Assembly: GCA_002269645.1 (NCBI GenBank)
Contig: NIVC01001665.1
Coordinates: 62,001 to 126,000 of the forward strand
DNA from: Macrostomum lignano
Taxonomy: Eukaryota
DNA: 64,000 nucleotides
Direction: 5' to 3'
The notes beneath the pieces were generated by a model. It did no database searches, was not told where the DNA came from, and worked only from the letters and a program-made list of their open reading frames with translations. Each line of letters begins with the position of its first letter. The first letter of the stretch is position 1. This document shows, piece by piece, positions 36,341 to 64,000 of the stretch. Made by a program: the position numbers and the translations under genes.

Positions 36341-36848
36341 TCTCAATTAAAATCCCTATAAAGATTAATAAGATGGCATAATCCTTTGTATCCTTATAGT
36401 GCTATAGTAATGTAGTCCCATATTAATTAAGGGGTAATTTTAACACGCTTGAATTTAGATCTTTTGATCTCTAATTGATCTTTTGTAAGAATCGTTTTAT
36501 AAACGTCATTTATTCGTTTAAGTAAACTGCTGAACTGATTTGGCTTTACAAACTGTTATCTATATGCATATACTCGTCTAGGACTAGCGCTGACACTAAA
36601 TCTTAAGAGGCAACTTGCTCAAGCCAGTGAGTCAGTGCTGTTTGGTATTGAAATGAAACTTATATTGAATACATTTTACTTAATCTTATCTGAATTGCCT
36701 GTAGCAACCAAATCTTTAGTTTGTAATTGCCCTCAAAGTATTTAATTCTCTAAAATTCTAAACAAGTTTGTTTAAACGATTTGACTATTTCAATCTATTT
36801 TTTAAGCTCGAAAGTTCGAAACTCAACCAAAGCAGCTAAAATTCAAAG

Positions 36849-37724
36849 ATGGTGTCGATCAACATCCCGGACAGTTTGTTGGGCTCGTTCGCCTTCTATT
36901 CCGCCGTGGTTCTGTCCAAGACTATGGCCATGTCGCTGCTCACTGCTTTTAAAAGGATTAAAAATAGTGTAAGTTTGGGTATAGCAAATAATGTTTTTAC
37001 TGTTGATTTATTCACGTGACTTGGTCTGCATTCATGACAAAATACTACTCGAACTATATCGATAGGTGTAGTTGCCAAGCCAGCTATAGCTGCAATAAAA
37101 ACAGATTCAGACAGACAATGAATAAGGTCACGTGACAAGCCTTCTAGCCAATAAGAACCGATTCAAATAGAAAAAGAATATGGTCACGTAACAGGCCTGC
37201 TAGCAAAAAAGAACAGATTCAAATCGACAAAGAATATGGTCACGTGACAAGTCTGATAGCCAATAAAAACAAAAGATTTGAATAGACAATGAATCAGGTC
37301 ACGTGACAAGCCTGCTAGCCAATAAGAACAGCATACCTTATACCGGATCACGTGACTATACTAAATACCCTTCAATAAAACCAACCCACACCAGATCTAC
37401 GCCAACCCCGAGGACGCCGCCACAGTACGCAAACCTGTCGTGTTCAACAATGAAACTGTCGAACGAGTTCGTCGCAATCATCTGAACGATTTGGAGAATG
37501 TGCTGCCGTTTGTACTGCTGGGAGGCCTGTACCTCCTAACTGGCCCGGCAGCTGGCACCGCGCTCTGGCACTTTCGAATCTTTGCCGCCAGTAGGATCGC
37601 CCACACCATCTCCTACCAGCTGGCTCTGCCGCAGCCGTCTCGCGCTCTGACCTTCTTTGTCGGATTATCGGTCAACGCTTCCATGGCCTATCGGATCCTG
37701 TCCAGCCTGAGCCAGTTTGCTTGA
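36849..37724 (+). CDS. MGST1: Microsomal glutathione S-transferase 1 (MAPEG family); exons 36849-36968 and 37395-37724 (149 aa)
   Basis: MVSINIPDSLLGSFAFYSAVVLSKTMAMSLLTAFKRIKNS|IYANPEDA...VERVRRNHLNDLENVLPF...HFRIFAASRIAHTISY..ALPQPSRAL matches MGST1 hallmark motifs (ANPED, RRxHxNDLEN, LPQP). AGT|GTAAGT donor and CCAG|ATC acceptor, phase 0. Confidence 0.95.
37010..37356. promoter_or_regulatory. ~56-bp intronic tandem repeat carrying GTCACGTGAC E-box palindromes and AGCCAAT boxes
   Basis: GTCACGTGAC at 37127, 37239 and 37298; variants at 37011, 37183 and 37347; AGCCAAT follows three of them. Confidence 0.6.
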
Positions 37725-38449
37725 AGGACGATTTGTTTACAACTAGCCAAGAAACAAATTTCTATTTAAACAACATAGCGCACTTAATTATTAGTTTATA
37801 TAGTTTATAAAACTTTTATATATTACGATTTTGTTAAAATTAAAATTTTAGGTTTTCGAAAATTTTTTATCAATACTCAATTAGACGCAAATATACCATC
37901 AAAATATTATCTTTTAAGGTCATTGCTAACAAGTAAAACAGGTTGCATTACGTTGAACATACTGCTTTTGTTTTATTTTTATATTTACATGTGATAGCAG
38001 TCATACATTTTTATAAACTTTTGTTTTAATATAGTTTTAACAAAGAATATATGCAATAGAATTAGAATATGACCTTCTGGTGTGACTCTACATTTCTACA
38101 TGAGCTACGAGAGCTTAGCAAAACTTGAACTCCTCTACACCAGAATCCATGTGCAAATCAAAAAACAATTTGTGTTAAAATCACAAAGACCTGCATATCA
38201 GTAGTATGATATGACTGTTTTTACAAAGCTGGTTGCAAAATTTTGTCATATATAATGAGTGCATCGAGCTTAAGCTGATTAAGAGAACGACTTATGAATA
38301 AAGATTGAAACTTCAAAAAGCATGACGATGCGCTGAGAACATCCATACCTAAGTCTCATAGATCAAAACGAAGTCAATTGAAAATAAAACGGAAATTTCA
38401 TTAAGAAATCAAATGTAAGGGCACTGGCTGAGTAGACAATAAACATAAA

Positions 38450-38527
38450 GACAGACAGACAAACGGACAGCCAGACAAAAACTAAGAAAGACGGACAGAC
38501 AGACAGACAGAGACAGACACACAGGCG

Positions 38528-38577
<50 letters not shown>

Positions 38578-38722
38578 TAGACAGAGACAGACCGACAGAG
38601 ACAGACAGACAGAGAGGCAGGCAGACAGACAGACAGACAGACAGACAGACAGGCAGACAGACAGACAGACAGACAGAGACAGACAGACAGACAGACAGAC
38701 AGGCAGACAGACAGACAGACAG
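38450..38722 (+). repeat. (GACA)n microsatellite directly after the stop codon of the Syk-like gene (putative 3' UTR)
   Basis: Begins ~8 nt past the TAA at 38730-38732 on the - strand. Confidence 0.93.
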
Positions 38723-38729
38723 AAACCCT

Positions 38730-55802
<17,073 letters not shown>

Positions 55803-56069
55803 GTCCGATGAAAGTTTACATTAAAGCAAAGCGGCTTAATATATGCTATTCAACGACGCAATGCTTCAGGCACAAGTTATGCGCGCTCTCTTTAAACGCG
55901 ACAGCCGGGGCAAAAATACTACATGCCCTTGCAGCTGTAAGAGACAGAGAGAGGCCCGAACACACACGTACACGCGCTCACGCCACGAGATTTCTGTCGC
56001 CCTATTTTTGGGGCTTAAAAACACAATCCCGATTTCCGACCTTTTTAGAGAGTGAATTGAAGCGAATAG

Positions 56070-56170
56070 AGCCATGGATTGGCTGGTTGCTTTGGATTGT
56101 AGAGTCGGCGATGAGGGCTCGTGTAGCTTTGTGGACGACTTGCCTTCCCTGCTGCTCTGCCATTGGCTGG
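56070..56170 (-). promoter_or_regulatory. Two CCAGCCAAT boxes upstream of the Syk-like ATG
   Basis: ATTGGCTGG at 56078 and 56162, i.e. CCAAT on the gene strand, ~280 and ~360 bp upstream of the ATG. Confidence 0.35.
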
Positions 56171-56339
56171 TTGGTACAAGAGCTGTCGGTAGAGCTGCAT
56201 AGGGTTAGAGATCTAAGGGAACTCTCCCCCTCTCTCTCTTTCTACAATTACCAGCTATTGTTAATTACGTTTGGCTTTTTGCTTGTTTTCAACATATAAT
56301 TCAGCATATATACTTCTCCTTTGTCTGCCCGTCAGTCAG

Positions 56340-57390
<1,051 letters not shown>

Positions 57391-57614
57391 GTCCTATTTT
57401 ATCTAAGAAGTTCGCAAATTTCTCCACAAAACGTCAATTACCATTAAAAATACAAAGAAAGCACTCTGAAGAACAATTTTAATGTCTTACAGGGTTCAGG
57501 TTAAAAGTAAGTCCCAATTCGGGTGCTGTAAAGGAACACATTTTATTATCGAGTAGTCAATTAAACTTCAACAAAGTACGAAGATACCGGGTATGTTGCT
57601 GATGTTAGAAAGAT

Positions 57615-60507
57615 TCACTTCTCTTTAATACTATTCAGAAACTGCAACACAGCTGGCAGAATCTGCTTTCGCGACGCCTTTAAATTGTGCTGAGTAAACA
57701 GCCGACCAGATTGAAAGCAATCTATAGTCAGCTCTTCCAGCTGCAAATCTGGATCCTTGTGCTCACACAGCAGGTATTGGACGAGTTTCTCAGTCATCAA
57801 CTGACAAGCTGGTCGAGTACACACAATAGCCAAATCGCGTTGAATATCAACGGCTCCATCTGGTGGAGCGTCATTCGATTGTTGAAGAACCTCAATGCCC
57901 AGCAGCAGCAGTATTGAACAGTTGACCTCCGCAGAGAATTCTTTAATAGCCTTGGCGGCGTCCGAACGGCGAAGAAATTCTGCGACCGAGGTTGCTAAGG
58001 ACGCCAAGCCGACTACTGCAGATTTTTTTTGAAAATTAATTTTGTTTTCAGTTACATTATTTAAATAGGTTGTAAAATACGCGACATTCTACTTTAAAAC
58101 CTAGCGAGTAGCAAGCAATATACGCGTAGGATTTCATTTATTTCTTTGTGTTTAGTAACATGATTTAAAATTTGTTGTTGAAAACGCGATAAAAATTGGT
58201 TGAGGCTTTCAGTCTGTGGAGCGTTTTAGTTTCCTAGATTGGATCTAGATTGTATTTAGACAGGATCTAAGATTTGGTCTAGATCGGATCAAAGATTATG
58301 TCTAGATTAGATCTAAGATTGAGTCTAGATTGGATCTAGATTGGATCAGGATTGGATCTAAATTGTATCTAGATTGGGTCTAGATTGGATCTAAGATTGA
58401 GTCTAGATTGGATCTAGATTGGATCAGGATTGGATCTAAATTGTATCTAGATTGGGTCTAGATTGGATCTAAGATTGAGTCTAGATTGGATTCTAGATTG
58501 GATCTAAGATTGTGTCAAGATTGGATCTAGACAAGATTGGATCTAAGATTGTGTCAAGATTGGATCTAGACAAGATTGGATCTAAGATTGGATCTTAGAT
58601 TGGATCTAGATTGGATCTAGATTGGATTATTATTCTTATATCTTAGATTGGATCTAAGATTGGATCAGGATTGGATCTAAGATTGTGTCTAGATTGGATC
58701 TAGATAGATTGGATCTAATATTGGATCTAGATTGGATCTAGATTGGATTATTATTCTTATATCTTAGATTGGATCTAAGATTGGATCAGGATTGGATCTA
58801 GATTGGATCTAGATAGATTGGATCTAGATAGATTGGATCTAGATAGATTGGATCTAGATAGATTGGATCTAGATAGATTGGATCTAGATAGATTGGATCT
58901 AGATAGATTGGATCTAAGATTGGATCTAGATTGGATCTAGATTGGATTATTATTTTTATATCTTAGATTGGATCTAAGATTGGATCTAAGATTGGATCTA
59001 AGATTGGATCTTAGATTGGATCTAGATTGGATCTAGATTGGATTATTATTCTTATATCTTAGATTGGATCTAAGATTGGATCAGGATTGGATCTAAGATT
59101 GTGTCTAGATTGGATCTAGATAGATTGGATCTAGATAGATTGGATCTAAGATTGGATCTAGATTGGATCTAGATTGGATTATTATTCTTATATCTTAGAT
59201 TGGATCTAAGATTGGATCAGGATTGGATCTAGATTGGATCTAGATAGATTGGATCTAGATAGATTGGATCTAGATAGATTGGATCTAGATAGATTGGATC
59301 TAGATAGATTGGATCTAGATAGATTGGATCTAGATAGATTGGATCTAGATAGATTGGATCTATATAGATTGGATCTAGATAGATTGGATCTAAGATTGGA
59401 TCTAGATTGGATCTAGATTGGATTATTATTCTTATATCTTAGATTGGATCTAAGATTAGATCTAGATTGGATCTAATATTGGATCTGGTATTGGATCTAG
59501 ATTGTATTTCTATCACAAGCAGCTCACCAACAGAACCTCCGTCTCCGCCGCATACAGTTTTAACGTCGCGTCTGAGATGGTCCACGCCAGCGAATCGAGA
59601 CAGGTCGCGTCGAGCGCTCAACAGTGCGGCATAGTCTGCCGCCCGAGTTGACTGCTCACCGTCGCAAGCTTCGCTGTCCAGACTCTCCAACAGGTTTAAA
59701 GCAGCTTCATCTTGAGGCTTAGCCTTCCCAGCCGCTGGCAGCATATTCGCCGTGTCCAATAATATCGCGCCCCGTAGTGCGCGAGCCAGACCCGGCGTAG
59801 TTTTCAATCGGTTACTAATGACGCTGTCGTTGTTAAGCAAGCGTATGGCAACAAGACTGCTGCAGGAGCCAACTAGTTCAATTGTAGTGTCCACTTTTGA
59901 AGTCCAGATTCCTTCTTTGACGTGGTGGTCGATCACCTGGGTGGGTGAACGGAGGAATAACTGGAGTTGCAAAGACACTGGAGGACTTGGGAGTTGGGAC
60001 AGTGGGAATAACTAATGTTAGGCCAGTAACGAATTCACTATGCATAGTTATTTAACAAGCCTCAAATTAACAATCCAAATAGGAATATCTTCCCACCATA
60101 AAGACTCCAGACGCCAGTGCTGCATCCTTGCCTCGCAGCACATTGTGATCCACCAGCGCTAGCCTGATTCTACCATCTCGAACCGCTTGGAACAGCTCAA
60201 CATCCTTGGCATCATCTCGACAGGGCAGCAAAGTTTCTGGTGCCTCAGGCAATCCCAACCAGTTGCCAAGGGCAACCAAAATGTCGGGGCGAAGGGGCAG
60301 CTCTTTGCGGCGAACGTTTAACAGTGGAATGGCTGGCGACATTGATGGATCGGCATCTAGGCAGTAAGCTAGGGCTAGTGAGCAGACAGCAGAGTCCAGA
60401 TCACATGCCTCATTGCCCATGACAACAGTGGTCACTTCATTGGCTGTTGGTGTGAGGGAGCGAGCTAGAATAGCTCGACACTGTGAGAGGTAAGCTTGCA
60501 GTGCCAT
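57615..60507 (-). CDS. PRUNE1: PRUNE/PPX1-family DHH exopolyphosphatase; exons 60507-60097, 59936-59528, 58015-57615 (406 aa)
   Basis: Motifs MGNEACDLDSAVCSL, LVDHN, VIDHH, VGSCSSLV, AILLDTANM, and the DHHA2 C-terminal KASRKQILP. Junctions ATG|GTGGGA...CCCAG|GTG (phase 0) and G|GTGAGC...TGCAG|TA (phase 1) restore one frame. Confidence 0.93.
58236..59505. repeat. AT-rich short-unit satellite (TTGGATCTAGA / TTGGATCTAAGA / TTGGATCTAGATAGA) filling PRUNE intron 2
   Basis: 10-15-bp units with embedded ATCTAGAT palindromes; the spacer ATTATTATTCTTATATCTTAG recurs about 6 times, giving higher-order blocks. Confidence 0.93.
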
Positions 60508-61070
60508 GAAAAAGAATTACAAAATTAAATTATAATTAGAATACAATTTGATTCTTAAACCATAGAATATCTTTATAACAAACATATAAAGACTATAATA
60601 CCTATAAAAATGTCTTAAAAAAACTCGCCTATTTTATATTATAAAAAACACCTTTACTTAGCTAAATTAAAGCAGTGCTATTTTTAAGCAGCATAATTTA
60701 CAAACAACCCTCGTATATAGCTTAAGAAACATACTTATTAATCTCAATTTTTACTATCATTATAGCTATCATTGTATAATTTTATCTAAAATTTTAAGAA
60801 AACTGCCTTTAAAATGTGTAGCTAAGACAAAAAATGTCGACACATTTCACACATTAAACTAGGCAACTTGATCCACTACAAAACATTACCATCACAATAT
60901 TCCAATATGATAGAAATTGAATTGGATAACCAAAATATAATTATTCTATTAAGTATTATTGTGTATCTCCAATAACCTTTTAACTCTAGCTTTCTTCTGT
61001 ACTTTTGCGTGGTGCTAAGCTTTATTCCTTGCTAGCCATCAAATCATCAAATGACTGAACATAATATTTT

Positions 61071-62229
61071 GGCAGTGCTTATCCCCACGGTACCGTAGGA
61101 ATAATTTCTGTCTTATTCTAACGGTACCGTGCGAATAATTTTCTGCTTATCCGCACGGCACACTGAGGAAATAGCTGCCCTATCTTCTACATATGCCGTG
61201 CGAATAATTTTCTGCTTATCCGCACGGCACGCAATTTAAATCATTTGTTACTACACAAAAAAATTCTTTCTCATAGTAAAGTCGTTAAATCTTTATTTCT
61301 TTAGAACAAATGTTCAAGCCAAGTTATGTTGTTATACTGCACTCAAATCGTATGTACTAAATAAAGGTAAATATCAACATGAAGTATTATTTGAGTTGCC
61401 GATGCATTTCGTCCATTTGCAGTGGCGCAACCAGGGGGGGGCGGGGGGGGGGGCGGTCGCCCCCCCTTAGGCGGGGGACCGAAAAAAAATCAAAGGGGGA
61501 CCAAGCGAATTTTCGCCAAAAACAGAGCCACCCCTCCGCCGCCCCCCCCCTCCCGGGACTTTACCCTCAGAATCCGCCCCCCCCCTTGAAAAATTTCTGG
61601 TTGCGCTACTGTCCATTTGCATTAGGACATCGTCAGAGTCTTTTTATTGAGAAACAATTTGAACGAATATTCAGTATATATAGATAGTTGAGAGTAACAA
61701 GAGTAGTTGAATTGAGTTTTTAATTGATGGTTTAAAACTTGTACATAGTAATCAATTTTTGATACAGTATTGGTTGGGTAAAGTGCATATCAGTTTCAAG
61801 CCAGTCCGGTCATTGACAAATCAGCTAAAAAATTCTGAGTTGACGGCTAGCCCCACCCATCGCAAGTTGGTTATTTAACGTGGGCTGTTTGGTCTTAATG
61901 TACAGGGCTTCTAATAGGCTAAACTAAACTTCCCACAGTTTAGTATGTACTAAACTTCCCACACGGCATATGTAGAAGATAGGGCAGCTATCTCCTCAGT
62001 GTGCCGTGCAGATAAGCAGAAAATTATTTGCATGGCATATGTAGAAGATAGGGCAGCTATCTCGTCAGTGTGCCGTGCGGATAAGCAGAAAATTATTCGC
62101 ACGGCATATGTAGAAGATAGGGCAGCTATCTCGTCAGTGTGCCGTGCGGATAAGCAGAAAATTATTCGCACGGTACCGTTGGAATAAGACAGAAATTATT
62201 CCTACGGTACCGTGGGGATAAGCACTGCC
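61071..62229. mobile_element. Non-autonomous MULE/Foldback-like element (1159 bp) with long modular TIRs
   Basis: GGCAGTGCTTATCCCCACGGTACCGTAGG... and ...CCTACGGTACCGTGGGGATAAGCACTGCC; perfect 9-bp TSD TAATATTTT (61062-61070, 62230-62238); the arms contain a 69-bp tandem unit. Confidence 0.88.
61420..61611. mobile_element. 192-bp hAT MITE nested in the foldback element
   Basis: TIRs CAGTGGCGCAACCAG/CTGGTTGCGCTACTG (14/15); perfect 8-bp TSD TCCATTTG (61412-61419, 61612-61619). Confidence 0.92.
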
Positions 62230-63186
62230 TAATATTTTTTCAGCCTTTGATGATTCTTCTTTAAAGATAGAAATAAAATAAATGAACTCAGGAAATTCAG
62301 ATGCATTAATTGAAACATTAAATAAAGAAAATAGGCACATGAACAATTTAAATATCAACGAATATACAGTTTCTGTCTTTCTTTGTCTAGACTGAGTGTC
62401 TAAAATGAAATTATATGAAATCCTTGAGCTTAAGATTCACGTTTTATGGAAAGTATGAAACTAAATAAGCGCGAAATATTTATCACGCATGAGTGAATTT
62501 ATTAATTAATATATTTTAGTATGTTAAAATATAAATTTTTATTTTTATTTTTAAAATTACAAAAATAACTAATTTCTAAACGTCTAAACAGTTTAGTTTA
62601 GTTTTAACTGTCAAAAATTCAAAAATGATATTTTCTGCGAATGAAAAACCATGAACAATGTCAAAACGCTACCCAAAACAAGGAAAAAGCACAAGCACAA
62701 AGCACATGGCATGGCATGGCATGACAATCTTCGATTTTGACCAGGGGCAGACCAAGAAATTGTTTGAGAGAATCGCCAAATTATATCGAGCAAGTTACAA
62801 CCCAATTTTAGAAAATAGACCTTGCATAGTTAATTACAGACAGTTACAGGCTAAATGTACAGCCCAATTTTTTGCCACGGCCACACCGCCACGGGCCACG
62901 GCTGAAGGGCCTTTCCTCCCTCCCTAAGGCCTTCAGGGACATATGATTTTCATATCAGTCTAGCCATTATCTGAGTTTGACTATAGCTAGGCTAGGCCTA
63001 GCCAGGCCAGGCCCTACCACTACCACGTTTATGGCCTAGGGCCTATTATTGATGTTTGATTGAATTGGATGAAGAAATTAGGCCTAAGCAAACAAATTAA
63101 TATATAGTGTTAATGTCATAAGACTTGCAAGTTGCAGTCTTAGGGCATGCTTAGGTAGGCCTATATACCCTTATCAATGATAATAG

Positions 63187-63780
63187 GGCTATAGCCCAGG
63201 TTGCGGATGGTATGCATGTACGCCGGAAAAGTTCCGGCGTACAAAACGGCCACCCTAAGTCCTTGGCGTACACAATCGGCGTACACAAACCCTGGCGCAC
63301 TTAGTTGGCGTACACTATTGGTGTACACAAGTAATACAGCCACGTATACTTTTTTGGCATACAAATTTTGGTGAATAAATTCATGCCGTGCATGAGAATT
63401 GTAATGTAAATTAATGTTTTTACGTAAAGTAAAGGAAAATTTCTATCGTCAGTGATAAACATTTTGCTTCTTTTAAGTTAAAATAAATAAAATTAGTGTA
63501 AAATTTTGCTGGAAGTATTAATTTTGCATGATATTTTTTGTAGTTATAATTTAAGTTTGTTTAAATTGAAAATATTCGTAATATTTTAAAAACACTTTTC
63601 ATGCGAAAGCCTTTCTTAGAAAACTCTACTCGTGAAAACCGAATGACCTTTTTTTAGGAATTTTTGGTGTACATTTTAGTGCAACTTTTTGTTTTTGGCG
63701 TACACTGGCGTACAAAGTCCTTGATGCCCAAATTTTTTCCGGCGTACACGGGTACATGATCCGCACACTGGGCTATAGCC
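63187..63780. mobile_element. ~590-bp MITE with imperfect TIRs and GGCGTACA subterminal repeats; exact ends ambiguous
   Basis: GGCTATAGCCCAG..TGCGGAT...GTACGCCGGAAAA versus TTTTCCGGCGTAC...ATCCGCA..CTGGGCTATAGCC; multiple GGCGTACA motifs near both ends. Confidence 0.75.
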
Positions 63781-64000
63781 TAGCCTATGCTATGCCCTAT
63801 ATATGTTTGGTTATTGGCTACAAAGCTAAGTATATACATAACTGAAGTATTCAACAAGAAAACTTTGTTTTTTATAATAATTTATTTATAAAAATGTTAT
63901 GACCCTACATATTGTATATATATAATATAATTTATTTTTATCTAATTTTGTAAATACAAAATTCCTTGTTATACATTTAACTGGTTTAACTAGGCCTAGG

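Overview
Animal genomic DNA with spliceosomal introns and no prokaryotic features. It is very rich in tandem repeats. The (GACA)n arrays, minisatellite-filled introns and GC-rich exons resemble the flatworm Macrostomum, but that assignment is inference only. Six host genes or gene parts could be built by hand with GT-AG introns whose phases match. (1) A 5' exon of an unknown acidic protein (8599-9009, -). (2, 3) Two tandem-duplicated secreted PAN-like + fibrinogen-domain (FReD) genes (21491-22570 and 30085-31143, -). (4) MGST1 (36849-37724, +). (5) A 4-exon Syk/ZAP-70-type tandem-SH2 tyrosine-kinase gene (38730-55802, -) whose kinase domain has lost the catalytic Asp, beta3 Lys and alphaC Glu, so it is a predicted pseudokinase. 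(6) A PRUNE/PPX1 exopolyphosphatase (57615-60507, -). Mobile DNA includes an apparently intact 5.4-kb hAT transposon with a perfect 8-bp TSD inserted into a 23-bp satellite, several hAT-type MITEs, a TA-target palindromic MITE with its empty site visible in the paralogous segment, a MULE-like foldback element with a 9-bp TSD, and degenerate RNase H-bearing LINE fragments. The strongest leads are the tandem-SH2 pseudokinase, minisatellites that appear to be seeded from transposon ends and splice-acceptor sequence, and patchy divergence in the ligand-binding region of the FReD pair. No CRISPR, rRNA or tRNA genes are supported, and most long ORFs in the track are repeat artefacts.
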